Source: Octopus vulgaris
Lineage: Eukaryota
Length of the DNA: 64,000 bases
Assembly (NCBI GenBank): GCA_951406725.2
Contig: OX597827.1
Coordinates: 62,930,001 to 62,994,000, forward strand
Direction of reading: 5' to 3'
Shown here: one piece after another, positions 1-13,220 of the stretch
Layout of the letters: each line of letters starts with the position of its first letter
Position numbering within the stretch: the first letter of the stretch is position 1
Made by a program: the position numbers and the translations under genes
The notes under the pieces: generated by a model
What the model was told of the DNA's origin: nothing
Seen by the model: only the letters and a program-made list of their open reading frames with translations
Databases searched by the model: none

Positions 1-980
1 GGGGTTTCCTGGTATTTGAGCTGGGTAGGAATCAATCCCTTTCGCTATCATTCCCAGGGCACCTATGACAACAGGTATTGTTTTAGTATTCATGTTCCTC
101 ATTTTACCAATTTCTATTTCATGATCTTTATACTTGCTCTGTTTTTGGTAGGTATTGATAGATACATTTATATCGATTAGGACAGTTATATCAATGAGAA
201 GGCATGGTTTTTATTTAAGGTCTTTCAGTATAATGTCTGGCCTATTTGCATCTATCTTTCTGTTAGTTTGAATGGTAAAGTTCCAGAGGAGTGAGATGCG
301 ATCATTTGAAGCACAGGAGGTGGCTTGTGTTTCTACAAGTTTTTAATCATGGGGCAGGTTTTTGCAAATTACCCAGTGAATATATTGTGCAGCTCTATCA
401 TGCCTGTTGAGTTACTCTGTAGGCGCAAGAAGACTGCACTTGGACACAACATGATCAATGGTTTCATTTTGTTGTTGACATACACGACATGCTGGGCAGC
501 TACCGTTCTTTAATAAATTGGCCTGGTAGTTTCTTGTAGGTTGGCATTGTTCTTGGGCTGCTACGATAAACCCTTCTGTTTCTGATTTTAAGCCGGAAAC
601 CACTAACCATTGAGGGGTAAAGGCTTTGTCAGCATCACCACTATTATGGGCATTTGCTATATAGAGGTTTTCTTGCCATTTATCTGTATCTAAGGCAGCA
701 GTTTTAGCACGGGTTTTCATACGCTTTGCTTTTTCTGTGCTTGTTTCTCATGTCTAATTCTGGAATTTGTTGTATTTAGAATTCACTTAGATATTATTTT
801 GCCCGTTTTGTTATTGAGTATGATGATTCCTTGTTTTTATGTTTTGAAACAAGATTTAAGATCCAGTCATCTGAGTTTCTCAGATAGGTGTCTAGGCTAA
901 CTGTGGCAATCTTCATTGTTAATGTCAGTAGTAAAAGTCCAAGGCCTCCCTGTTTCCTTAGCCGATAAAGTCGTTCTATA
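1..980 (-). mobile_element. Decayed R4/Dong-clade non-LTR retrotransposon fragment (RT thumb, CCHC knuckle, restriction-like endonuclease)
   Basis: Minus-strand translations give IERLYRLRKQGGLGL, GLKSETEGFIVAAQEQ, CRVCQQQNETIDHVVSKC and LWNFTIQTNRKIDANRPDIILKD..CLLIDI, with stops and frameshifts. Confidence 0.85.
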
Positions 981-1160
981 TTATCAAAGTAACACTTGGA
1001 TAAAATATATGGAGCCCAATACACCCATCTTGACTACCCATCTCATAAGGGTACACCAGGCACATGCATCCCAACGATATGTGTGCAACATGATGATCTC
1101 ATATCAAGGTAAACAGCGCATGAGCTTACAGGTGGGACCCAGTTAGAATTTTCTTCAGGC
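981..1160 (-). mobile_element. Partial copy of the non-coding element X (see 48209-48746, 50160-50714), abutting the Dong-like fragment
   Basis: Aligns by eye to 48232-48405 (atcaaagtRacactKggRtaaaatat...gactaccc...aagggtacaccagg...ttagaattttcttcagg). Confidence 0.8.
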
Positions 1161-1823
1161 TGGTATATATATGTATAAATTCGATTAGAGGTTAGGTTAA
1201 CCTCATCAAAGTAGAAGACATTTGCTCAGGGTGTTGAAGTGAAGGACTAAACTCGAAAGCGTGTGATTGGCAAGCGAACTTGTTAACTATACAGTCCTGC
1301 TACTCCATTATCAATTCTCTTTTTTTTAAATAACCTTTTCTTACGTCAGTATAGCTTTGCTTCTATTGTCTACTTTCAAACTGAAAGTAGGTTTGTTCTT
1401 TTTGATTATGCTTTTGCATTTGTTTGTATGAGTTTCTCTTTACTTAATGTCAGATATTTTGAAATCCCCCGTAAATATTTTATAACGATTTTCAACTTGT
1501 GCAAGTCTTTCCACTATTCGTGGTTTATATGTTATCTTTATATGTCGGCTATTGGGTTGTGCATTCAAGTAATCTCCTTACTTACATAAGAAGCTCTAAT
1601 AATTCATTTAAATTCAAGTTTAGCTATCATAATAACAGCATTATTGGAATAGCTAGGCTATCCATACTATTACTTTGCGTTTAGCATTTAGCATTTAGCT
1701 TAGTTCAAGTACGTGTGAAACGCCTGCATTTTGGTTATATATTTGACGCTAGCCGGATCATTCTTATTTCCTTTCCTTATTTTCAATGGGTCCTTGGCGC
1801 ATTTTTCCAAATAGAATATCATG

Positions 1824-1834
1824 TTGCTGCTGCA

Positions 1835-1899
<65 letters not shown>

Positions 1900-1946
1900 A
1901 ACTACTACTACTACTACTACGACTATTATTATTATTATTATTATTA
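1824..1946. repeat. (CTA)n/(ATT)n microsatellite
   Basis: Direct inspection. Confidence 0.95.
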
Positions 1947-2166
1947 TCTTTAGAATTTATGGTTTGAGAAACACGCAAAGAGTTGCCTTAACTCTCTAAG
2001 AATTAGGAATATCTTGGAAACTATACATTAAAAAAGTTGGAATAATTACTTCATTTGTTTAACCTTGGAACAATACTTTAACAATATTTAGCGCTCCTAG
2101 CATTGTTGTTTCTGTTTCTAAACCAAACCTTAACCTTTCTTGAGATTTAATCTTTTATAATATATA

Positions 2167-2350
2167 CGAATGGTACTGGGAAGTTCCTGGATTTGGGTAA
2201 CAGAAAATACAGGAGGATCAGTTAACTATGATTTTATTCAACACATTCCCCTCTTAAATTCACACACTTATTGCAGCGGCCCTTCAGTTTTTCTAAGTTC
2301 TGTAAATGAAAACAGAATGTTGGACTTTCAACTAAGCCTTTCGCGACACC
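2167..2350 (-). mobile_element. Mariner-like DNA transposon end (TIR plus transposase C-terminus), decayed
   Basis: TA followed by TIR-like cgaatggtactgggaagttcc; minus strand reads RCNKCVNLRGECVE*, like the mariner C-terminal RWxKCxxxxGxYVE. Confidence 0.6.
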
Positions 2351-2811
2351 CTTAAAGCCAAAATAATGCCATTTTATTATTCCATCTATATCAATGACCG
2401 TTACATATGACTGAATGGGCCCTCACAGCAAATAAAGGGAACTGTTTATTGCATATTTCGGTCTTTGAAATTGTTTGCATTGTCTTTGCGAGTCATTAAA
2501 AAATCTGCCGCTATAATTCTTCTTTTTAACCGCGGGGTGGCCTTTTATAACCGTTTCAAAAGCTTCGGGTAAGTTTTTCCTTTAATCAAATTTAAAACGT
2601 CAAGTGCAAACTGTTTTCTAATATAGGCAAACGGCTAGAAATCTCGAGTGAGGGTGCTGGTCAATGACATCGACACAAGTACTATACTAGTACTTATTTT
2701 ATCGACTCCAAAAACGAAAGGCAAAGCCAGCCTGGGCGGAATTCGAAATTAGAAAGTAAAACCGGAAGAAATACTACGATGCATTTGATCGGATCAGTAT
2801 GTTAACGATTC

Positions 2812-3039
2812 TTATTTCTTTATTGCTCACAAGGGGTTAAACATAGAGGGGACATACAAAGACAGACAAAGAGATTAATCGATAATATCGACCCCAGTGC
2901 GTAACTGGTACTTAATTTATCGGCCCCGATAGGGTGAAAGGCAAAGTCGACCCCGGCGGAATTTGAACTCAGAACGTTAAGGCAGACGAAATAGCGCTAA
3001 GCATTTCACCCGGCGTGCTAACGATTCTGCCAACTCATC
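2812..3039 (-). mobile_element. SINE family A (tRNA-like head); an older degenerate copy lies at ~2625-2810
   Basis: Reverse complement of the family consensus gagctggcagaa..ttctgagttcaaattccgccgaggtcgactttgcctttcatcc.. Confidence 0.9.
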
Positions 3040-3401
3040 TGTTTGTCTATCAGAACGTCACCTTTCTGCTAGCTCGCTGACTTCCCGCCAATTCTCCGTC
3101 TTAATGGCAAGTATAAATTTAAGGAAGGGAGAAGTGCGCATTGGAGAAAATATATTCGCTTCTCCTCCTTCGTGTGTTACAGGGTATAGCATTTCGCTGA
3201 GAGAATCAGCGAGTGCAGGATGTTGGGTCGTCGCCTCTGAGACTCCGTTTAAAAGGTCAAGATGCAGCAACAACAACAACAGCTACCACATTAACTACAA
3301 CATTACTAATAATAAATCCAAATAAGCCAACAGCGACGAAAATAGCAACAGCTGCAAAAATAACAATAGCAACAAAGCACAACGGTAGCAGCAGCAGCAG
3401 A

Positions 3402-3890
3402 AGGCGCTATGGCCCAGGGGCTAGGGCAGCGGACTCGCGGTCGTAAGAACGCGGTTTCGATTCCCAGACCGGGCATTGTGAGTGTTTATTGGGCAAAAGC
3501 ACCTAAGCTCCACGAGACACCAGTGGGGGGTGGGAGTGAACACCGCTGTGCTCTTTCACCACAACTTTCTTTCACTCTTCCTTCCTACTTCTGCCACAAA
3601 GCAGAGGAACCATGGTGTAACCCACTATGGTGTTGTAAACATTCAGACCCTAGTCTAGATTGCGAACCCTTTGTACCCCAGGATGGTTCAGCTCTCCACC
3701 CGTTAAAAGCCACCGTTTACGGAATGAGGATAACAACGTAGCTTTCGCGCTCGTGCAACCGCCAGTCTATCGCGTGTGGTGGGTGGATCTTCAAGTTGCC
3801 ACACGCATTCTTAGTAGCCTAGAGTAGGCTCGAATTAGAGATTATTCTTTGTGGCTAATGGCGTGAGACTTGGTTAGAAGAAGAAGAAGG
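3402..3890 (+). mobile_element. SINE with family-B head and an alternative 3' module ending in (GAA)n
   Basis: Head matches 40955-41130; segment 3585-3880 matches 22460-22750. Confidence 0.8.
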
Positions 3891-4114
3891 AAGAAGAAAC
3901 AGCAGCAGCAATAGCAACAGTAGCGCTAATGAATGCAGTGAAACCGCCAGCACTACCACCAGCAGCATCACCGCTACAATGATAGAGAACAATATCGCTG
4001 AGGATTGACTGTCGAATTACAACCAGACTGCCAGCTTTCCTGAATTTGTATTATAGAGAAAAGCTTTCAGATATGCTAAGGACCCAGTGAAAATATAGAA
4101 GAGTGGCCTTTATG

Positions 4115-4288
4115 TCAATATCAGTGAAAATTTTGGAACATCTTACAAAACACCACAGATGCATAAGCCTCAGAGCAGAGGTCGAGACATGTCTAAGCAT
4201 TCAATATCAGTGAAAATTTTGGAACATTTTACAAAAAACCTACAGATGCATAAGCCTCAGAGCAGAGGTCGAGACATGTCTTAGCATT
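4115..4288. repeat. Two ~87-bp direct tandem copies
   Basis: tcaatatcagtgaaaattttggaacat...gaggtcgagacatgtc occurs twice. Confidence 0.9.
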
Positions 4289-4499
4289 TCCCCCCGCTAA
4301 ATTTAATTAGGAACAGATCCCGTTCACACAGAAATAAATGCTATGTCGTTATTCAACGTTGCTTAAAATTCTGGTTTAATCCCAACTACAGGCAAATGTG
4401 AATTCAATATCCAAGTTTAAGAAAGATTCGCGAATTTTTAAGATGTGGTGCTGCTATTTCTTACTATAACTATTACATCTGTTGCATGTTTTCATCGTT

Positions 4500-5250
4500 C
4501 TTTCATATAAACACTAACGTTCTTGTTATTTCCCTTTTCCTGACTGATTTTTATATACCTGAAATATGATATTTCTCCTAAGTACTACGCTTGTTATTTT
4601 GTAGTAGTTTTCTCATTTTTATCAGACCCTATTCTCACATTGAGTCAAATATATGGACACTGTATACATCGGATTTGATGGCTTCGGAAATCTCTTCACA
4701 TTTTTCCTGGTTTTCCTTAATGTTTTCTGATTACACCAATTATTTTCACTTTACTTTCTTCTGAATATTCGTTTGGGTCCCACCATTATTACTTTTCTAT
4801 TGCTTTCAAACTTTGTTTTCCCCTTACGCATAGTCAATATATCCTATCAATATAACATTTAAAATGGTTGACTTCAAATTCGGTGAACAGATTTCTACTT
4901 TTCTAAGCTCGTCAATTCATTTAACTTTCAATTTATTACACCGAAGTTGTACTTTATAACTGCGATATTTACTGCATTGATACCTATTATATTTCCAGCA
5001 TGGATTTCAATTTTCCACATTAAACACGCAATTCTACATTCTACAATGCGGTTTCTTTACTTTACTCCTCCATTCTTCATCTGGTGCATCTAATCAGTTC
5101 CATCTATTCCGTAGTATGCACATATGCGGCTGTATTCTAATTCTCTGATTCCATTATCTGGAAATTAATTATATTTCATGTTCATCAGTCAGAAATACGA
5201 TGATGATCAAGTCATCATGGGTAAAGGATAACTGATGTCTTATGCAGTGA
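4500..5250 (-). mobile_element. Heavily decayed R4/Dong-like RT C-terminal region
   Basis: Minus strand near 4900-5020 reads roughly VWKIEIHAGNIIG/INAVNIAVIKYNFGVIN, like the Dong motif LKSELNxxNKxxAINxxAxPVxxYSFGIINW. Confidence 0.45.
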
Positions 5251-5659
5251 TTTTGCTTAAAATGAAGAGTTATGCGCCATCAACCGTATTCTCACGTCCG
5301 TGACCATCATCAACTTAGAGGCAAGACGAGGTCAAGGTGATCTTGAATGGAGAGAGATGCAGTGGATCACGAGACTCGTCTTGCTCTTTGCAATCCACAA
5401 TGCTTTGCCGCAGCCACATTCTTCTCTGTTGAAATATGAAGGTTTCTTCCTCAGAGTACGCCAGTTCCAGTTTTCAAATGCATAGTTAGGTAATCCCTAC
5501 CTCATCAAAATTTACACACCCTTTGATTATAATTCATATTATTATACTGGTTAAATTAAGTAGCAGCGAAGCATGAGGTCGATGTAATCAATTAGTCCCC
5601 TAACCAGAAATTTTAGGCCTTATCCCTTTAGCAAAAACGATTATCATTATTATTATTAA

Positions 5660-6075
5660 GACGGCGAGCTGGCAGAAACGTTAGCACACCGGGCGAAATG
5701 CTTCGCGGTATTTCGTCTGCCGTTACGTCTGAGTTCAAATTCCGCCGAGGTCGACTTTGCCTTTGATCCTTTCAGGGTCGATTAAATAAGTACCAGTTAC
5801 GCACTGGGGTCGATATAATCGACTTAATCCGTTTGTTTGCCCTTGTTTGTCCTCTCTGTGTTTAGCCCCTTGTGGGTAGTAAAGAAATAGGTATTTCGTC
5901 TGCCACCACGTCCTAAGTTCAAATTTCGGCTAGGTCGACTTGGCCTTTCATCCTTTCGGGGTCGATAAATTAAGTACCAGTTATGCACTGGGATATATGT
6001 AATCGACTTAATCCCGTTGTCTGTCCTTGTTTGTCCCCTCTATGTTTAGCCTCTTGTGGGCAATAAAGAAATAAG
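5660..6075 (+). mobile_element. SINE family A, full copy plus tandem 5'-truncated copy
   Basis: Two consecutive matches to consensus (5660-5890, 5891-6075). Confidence 0.92.
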
Positions 6076-6469
6076 ATGCAAAGACACACACACACACACG
6101 CGCACACTCATACACACCTATAAAATGCGGGTTTCTTTCAGTTTCCTTCTATGAAATCCACTGAAAAGGATTGCAACGGCCCCCACATATAGTAGAAGAC
6201 ACTTGCCCAAGATGCCACGCAGACGGATTGAACGCGGTATCATGCCATTGAGAAGCAAACTACTGACCAGGTTTAAATTTCACCAATGGTCAACTTTGCC
6301 TGTCATCCCTTTGGCTGTGGGAGGGCAATGGGGGCGGGGGGGGCTGATAAAAAATAAGTACCAGACTAATACTAGGTTTCGATTGCATTCACCAACCTAC
6401 TCCGAGTCAAAGTTGCTGGACTCGTGCCTAAATCACGTGCATTTATTGCAGACATTATCGAAGTCAACA

Positions 6470-6656
6470 CCATAACCATCATCATCATGACTACTACCAC
6501 CATCACCACCATCATGACAATGATCATCATCATCATCATCATCATTTTCGTCATCATTATAATCCTCATTATCGACATCATCATCGTCGTCGTCATCATC
6601 GTCGTCGTCATCATCATCGTCGTCATCATCACCATCGCCATCGTTATCATCTTCAC

Positions 6657-6726
<70 letters not shown>

Positions 6727-7024
6727 GTCGTCGTCGCCGTCGTCGTCATCATCATCGTCGTCGTTATCATCACCATCGCCATCGCTTTCATCTTCACCAT
6801 CATCATCATCATCATCATCATCATCGTCATCATTATCATCATCATCATCACCATCATCTTCATCTACATCGTCATCATCAACGGCTGCAGCAGCAGCAGC
6901 GGCAGCATCGTCATCGTCATCATCATCGTTGTCTTGGTTACAATTATCCTCTTTGTGGAAAGAGGAACAAAACCAATTGACTTCATCGCCATCATCATCA
7001 TCATCTCCATCATCATTATAATCC

Positions 7025-7077
<53 letters not shown>

Positions 7078-7418
7078 GTCATCATCACCATCGCCATCGT
7101 TATCATCTTCATCATCATCATCATAATCATCCTCATCTTCAACATCATCATCATCACCATCATCATTATTATCATCAACGTCGCCGTCATCATCATCATC
7201 GTCGTCATCACCATCGCACTCGTTATCATCTTCACTAACATATTCGTCATCATTATCATCATCATCACCATCATTATCATCATCGTCGTCATCTTCATCA
7301 TCATCATTACAATCATCACCATCAACGGCAGCATCTGCAGCATCAACAGCAGGATCGTTGTCGTCTTCGTTACAATTATCCTCTTTGTGGAAAGAGGAAC
7401 AGCCCCAAATTGACTTCA
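6470..7418. repeat. Degenerate (ATC)n tract with an internal ~430-bp duplication
   Basis: ttacaattatcctctttgtggaaagaggaac...ttgacttca occurs at ~6938 and ~7370. Confidence 0.9.
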
Positions 7419-7679
7419 CGTAAATCACAAATGTTCCAACAAAGACGCATTTAATGCCATAATCCCATCCTATTCTCCCGATGATTTTCTTGACCCGTGT
7501 CTAAATAAATAATCATTACTAATGGATGTTGACAGTAGCAGTTATAAAGTAGATTCCCTTGTCATATAAATTTTGTGTCTAGGTTCTCTTCTCAAGTCAA
7601 ACCATATTCAATGAACGCCAGAAACACGATATCAGTTTTAACGCTTTAACCCTTCTTTTAATAACAGCTGACTGTCTAG

Positions 7680-8005
7680 CAAATGATGGCGAATCCTGAG
7701 CGTTGGGCTCGCCGTCATGAGGAGGTGAGTTCCATACCAAGACCGGGTTGTGTGTTGTGCGCTTGAGCAAGATGCTTTATTTCACGTTGCTCCAGTTCTG
7801 TCAGTTGTAGGAATGAGTTGCAGAGTCCCTGGTGCTGTATTGGCCCCTTTGTCTTTCCCTTCGATAACATCGGTGGTGTTGAGAGAGAAGGCTGGTATGC
7901 ATGGGCGACTGCTGTTGATCTTCCGTAGACAACCTTGCCCAGACTTGTGCCCTGGAGGGGAACTTTCTAGGAGCAATCCTGTGATCATTCACGACCGAAG
8001 GGGTT
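7680..8005 (+). mobile_element. CORE-like SINE with a distinct 3' module
   Basis: tgtgcgcttgagcaagatgctttatttcacgttgctccag is shared with 62540-62660; the tail differs. Confidence 0.7.
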
Positions 8006-8054
8006 CTTTCCTTTTACCCTTTTACTTAGCAATAATTTCAGCATTTCTCTCTTA

Positions 8055-8116
<62 letters not shown>

Positions 8117-8119
8117 CAT

Positions 8120-9219
8120 AAGTAATTAAGATTCAGATAAATTAGGCTCTTAAGTCGAAGCACAAAGTCAGTTTGGATTTATCCGCACAGCTCGAGATAA
8201 GGTGAATAAAATCCAAATAAATAACAAGTTATCAAGTAGTAAAGCAGTACGGCCGTTTCAAGCGGATGCATTTAATTGAACAACGTAATCATTACATCTG
8301 TTTAAAATTAAGCGCTATCTTCAGCTGCACGAAATATGGCTTTTCAATATACAATATATATCAATATAATATTTCTTAAATATTTTAACAGAGCAAGAGG
8401 ATGAAAGAATTTCATGTTGTCACTATTGCAGCAAGAATTTCTAAGAGAAGAACAAACTACAATTTTTAAAACACAGTGGGGTCCTACTGTTGTAATTCAT
8501 TTCCAATTTATCTATCTCCTTATCATCAACAAAAAATTTAAGATTAGACGACTGCTTATATGTAGAATAAAGAGTAAAGTGAGTTGACAGCTCATAGCTG
8601 GCTGTCGGTTGTAATTTTCATACTGTTACAAGAGAGAGACAAAACTTTAGAAAGAGTCCATTAGAACGCAGTAAATATCTATACAAGAGGTAGGGTAGGG
8701 GTGACATTAATTCATGTCGTTGTTACCAGTTAAAGGGGCATACACTATGAGACTTAGTATGTTACATTGAGATCAGGGGAAACATTAGGGACTCAGTGGG
8801 AGGACGTTTATAAACAAATATTATTATGTTGTATAAAAATAAAAGTTAAAAAATTCTAGAAAGGCATATCATAAACAAGTTAGCTAAGAGGCATATATAG
8901 ATCGATTTGAACGTTAGAAAGATTACTGTTATGTAGAATCAACTTAACAGCTCATCTTTACTTAATTAATTATAAGGTGGTTACTATAAAGACCACTCAA
9001 ACCGCTTACATATGGAAATTATCTGTAAAGATAATATGCATACTATCTATTGATTGAAAGTTAGGAATCAGAAGCAGGATAATAAGATAAATGATAATAG
9101 ATAGACATAATTAAATATAAGTATACAGGAAAAAATTTAACAACCATGAAAAGTGTGTGCTGATAGATGTAGGTTTGATAGTATAAAAATATTACATACA
9201 GACACATATACAAAAAGGG

Positions 9220-9220
<1 letters not shown>
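8120..9220 (-). mobile_element. (TA)n-flanked non-coding element with hammerhead motif (Penelope-like pLTR family)
   Basis: 8230-8460 is homologous, inverted, to 10300-10525; flanked by TA repeats. Confidence 0.55.
8244..8328 (-). ncRNA. Minimal type I hammerhead ribozyme
   Basis: Minus strand: GCAG-CUGAAGA-uAGCG..long hairpin..CGCUu-GAAA-CGGCCG-UA-CUGC; palindromic stem III ACGGCCGT, GUA cleavage triplet; U.U at the base of stem II. Confidence 0.7.
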
Positions 9221-9292
<72 letters not shown>

Positions 9293-9316
9293 CTAAGTAA
9301 TTAAGGGTTTAATATA

Positions 9317-9401
<85 letters not shown>

Positions 9402-9410
9402 TAAAAAAAG

Positions 9411-9730
9411 ACTCCGCCGGTTACGACGACGAGGGTCCCAGCTGATACGATCAACGGAACAGCTTGCTCGTGAAATTAACGTGCAAATGGCTGAGCATTC
9501 CACAGACACGTGTACCCTTAACGTAGTTCTCGGGGATAATCAGCGTGACACAGAGAGTGACAAGGCTGACCCTTTGAAATACAAGTACAACTCATTTTTG
9601 CCAGCTGAGTGGACTGGAGCAACGTGAAATAAAGTGTCTTGCTCAAGGACACAACGCGTCGCCGGGAATCGAACTCACAACCTTACGATCATGAGCCGAA
9701 TGCCCTAACCACTAAGCCACGCGTGCCCTC
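9411..9730 (-). mobile_element. SINE family B (tRNA head, CORE-like centre; resembles octopus OR/OK-type SINEs)
   Basis: Reverse complement of 62538-62864. Confidence 0.92.
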
Positions 9731-9876
9731 ACACATATATAAATATAAAGAACAGGGTAAATGTTTTTTTAATTTTTCCTCTGATTTCGGAATTACTACT
9801 ATTTGCGGTTGGAGCCCTGGCTGCTATTTCTAGTGGGCCGAACGGCCTGTTATAGCCGTTCCTCAATTGTTGTTGT

Positions 9877-9949
<73 letters not shown>

Positions 9950-10426
9950 GTATATGTATATGTATATTTCTTTGATAGTTTTCCAAGCTAAAAGAATAAT
10001 ATATATTTTCCCTTAGTTGTGAGAGAGATAGCTTTAGCGAAAATCAAGGATTTGTTAAGGAGAATAGGAGATATACTAGAATAATAACTGTTGATATCAA
10101 ATTGTATAAACGAGTAACAAAGTAAATTTTCAATATATTTGAACTAATGTATCATTTAAAGATGTTCACTCGCTTTGCTCTTTCTTCTAAATACACGTAG
10201 TCTTCTAGTCTTGTATTTTTTGTTGACGATAAGAAGATAAATAGATTGGAAATGAATTACAACCCTATGACCTCCACTGTATTCTATGACACTCTAGCTT
10301 ATTCTTCTCTTAGCTATTCTTGCTGCAATAGTGACAACAAGAAATTCTTCCATCCTCTTGAACTGTTAAATTATTTAAGAATAAAATATATGAATGCATC
10401 TTGTCTGTTGAAAATCTATATATCGT

Positions 10427-10511
10427 GCGGCTGAAGATAGTGCCTGTTTTTAAATTGGTGTAATGATTACATTGTTCATTTAAATAGGGCCGCTTGAAAC
10501 CGTCATACTGC
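10427..10511 (+). ncRNA. Degenerate hammerhead ribozyme, paralogue of 8244-8328
   Basis: GCGG-CTGAAGA-tagtg...cgctt-GAAA-ccgtcATA-CTGC; stem III mutated. Confidence 0.5.
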
Positions 10512-10639
10512 TTTACTACTTGACATTCTGTCACTTATTTTCATATATGTGTGTGTGTTTGTTTCTGTGTGCGTGTGTATCTGTAGTGTCCGTACGTGCT
10601 TCAGTATATGTCTATCTATCTAATATATGTATGCATGTA

Positions 10640-10995
<356 letters not shown>

Positions 10996-11162
10996 CAACA
11001 CCAACAAAATGACGTGACTTTTTCTCACCACTAATAACAAAGCAGTCAACATGTTTTTTCCTTAACTTCTACCTATGGAAAACACGTCTATGTAGATAAT
11101 TCTCCTGTTATCTGCTGACCGGTGCGAATTCGGTTGGTAAATCTATAATACTGTGTATTGTG

Positions 11163-11210
<48 letters not shown>

Positions 11211-11212
<2 letters not shown>

Positions 11213-11900
11213 GACTGCATTCAGTTGGATAACCTAAGATATGTCTTGTTTGTTTGCCCGAATGAATCATATACGTACATATACTTACACGGAGATATCG
11301 AATATCTACCACAGATATGAAACATCAATGATAAAATTATTATTAAGAAAGCATTGAGATTCTCGTCCAGAAACGAATTACTGGATATTCATCCTACAAG
11401 GTGAAACAAGTACTGGTCATTAGCGATTATCCTTAGAAACGAAGGAGACCAAACAATAGAACAATTTAGGATGAAATATATTGAAACAAATAGACAAGAC
11501 ATTACACATAATGTATATTTTATGAATCAAATGCGTATGAACTCTAGCATAGATGGACACATCGTCAAAAACCTCGTAAAACAGAGATCACAAAACACCT
11601 TACAACAAACCATAAAATGAACATTGACAATGTACTACAAAAACATTAATATTAAAAACCTTATTCATAACAAACTACAAGAATGTAAACCAAACCAACC
11701 AACGGGATAAAATGACCATTGTTGTATATAAATTCGATTGCAAATATGAATGTATACTGATATTGAGTTGACACTTATATTGGTCATAAAAGTACTAAGC
11801 GCTCGTGTCGGTTCACTATGCGTTTACAACAAAGATTAATTGCAATTTTCTAAGTCACACAACACGGAACAAAAATTGATAGGAAAATATTAGGCGACAA
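11211..11900 (+). mobile_element. Decayed Penelope-like element ORF: RT thumb, linker, GIY-YIG endonuclease
   Basis: Broken frames give KKALRFSS, KQVLVISDYP (cf. LxxNGYP), YFMNQMRMNSSIDGHIVKNLV, LTMYYKNINIKNLIHN, VVYKFDCK, TYIGH, RFTMRLQ in the expected order; preceded by (TA)n. Confidence 0.7.
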
Positions 11901-12285
11901 CACTTTTATGTTCTATAGTATTCCCTACAAAAGTAAATGACTGATGGTTGACGCAATACTCAGAGCGCAATACAATACTAAAATAAATGCCCTGACCAAT
12001 ATACAAGGCACGAAATAAAATAAGCTCCTGACTGATGATAGCAGTGTGTGTATATAAATATTTAAGCATGTATGCAAATCTACATATACGTATATATGCA
12101 TACATATATATATAGTCATGTGTTTGCGCGTGTGTGCGTGCGTGTATGTCTGTGTGTGATGTGAGCGAATTATAGAGATTGGTGAATAGCAGCAATATTA
12201 CTAAAGTGTGTTGTTGATAATCTATTTTGTTGGACTTTTTTGTCTTGGTGAATACTCATACATCGTCTTCTTCAGGAGAGTCCGC

Positions 12286-12325
<40 letters not shown>

Positions 12326-12607
12326 CAACAATTGAGGGTAAAATTAATTAATTATTAATCAATTTCACCAAGTATTCAGTATGCAAAGGGACCATTTAAG
12401 GCGAATTCAAATTATTACATTATATAAAAGGGCTTAGTAAAATAAATTACTTTGCCACATACTGAACTCATTAGAAATAGTAGCTAAAAAAACTTTTTAA
12501 AACTATTTCTAATACTTAAAGAAAATCTCTCTCATATAGTGTTTGCTCAATTCAACTCACGAAAGTATGGGGGTAAAGACATTAAAAAATCAAATGCAAA
12601 GGTTATT

Positions 12608-12659
12608 TGAGAACGTACGTTTCTAGATTAGTCAACTCGACATTTCTATCATCAGCTCA
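12608..12659 (-). ncRNA. Minimal type I hammerhead ribozyme (array copy 1)
   Basis: UGAG-CUGAUGA-UAGA(aaugucgaguugacuaa)UCUA-GAAA-CGUACG-UU-CUCA. Confidence 0.8.
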
Positions 12660-13168
12660 GAACTCCTTGGTTTGGATTTGAAAACACTGAAAGTGGGAGC
12701 ATACCCTTTCGGCTTCTTATCGCTTCTGAAGATCTGCTCGAAACTAACAGTGCCAGCAAACTCAAAATATGCAAGCGAAGAATTTCTGCTCTCCCCTTTC
12801 CACCAGCGTGGGTTAAAATCAGTAAACACTATGCTTTTTCGGTAAAATCCGAAGCATTAAATAGAGAGAGATGAATTATAATTTCAACAATTGAGGGTAA
12901 AATTAATTAATTATTAATCAATTTCACCAAGTATTCAGTATGCAAAGGGACCATTTAAGGCGAATTCAAATTATTACATTATATAAAAGGGCTTAGTAAA
13001 ATAAATTACTTTGCCACATACTGAACTCATTAGAAATAGTAGCTAAAAAAAACTTTTTTAAAACTATTTCTAATACTTAAAGAAAATATCTCTCATATAG
13101 TGTTTGCTCAATTCAACTCACGAAAGTATGGGGGTAAAGACATTAAAAAATCAAATGCAAAGGTTATT

Positions 13169-13220
13169 TGAGAACGTACGTTTCTAGATTAGTCAACTCG
13201 ACATTTCTATCATCAGCTCA
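13169..13220 (-). ncRNA. Minimal type I hammerhead ribozyme (array copy 2)
   Basis: Same motif 561 bp from copy 1. Confidence 0.8.

Noticed and set aside
6372-7428. Long poly-Asp, poly-Ile and poly-Met ORFs
   Set aside because: Stop-free frames of an (ATC)n microsatellite, open on both strands
12724-12756. Opposite-polarity hammerhead-like string CTGAAGA-tctgctc-GAAA-ctaacag-TG in each array unit
   Set aside because: No stem II or stem I pairing and a GUG triplet; likely chance, though cheap to include in a covariance scan
12632-12829. Repeated 65-aa ORF in the array units
   Set aside because: Non-ATG start, no recognisable motif; repetition only reflects the DNA duplication
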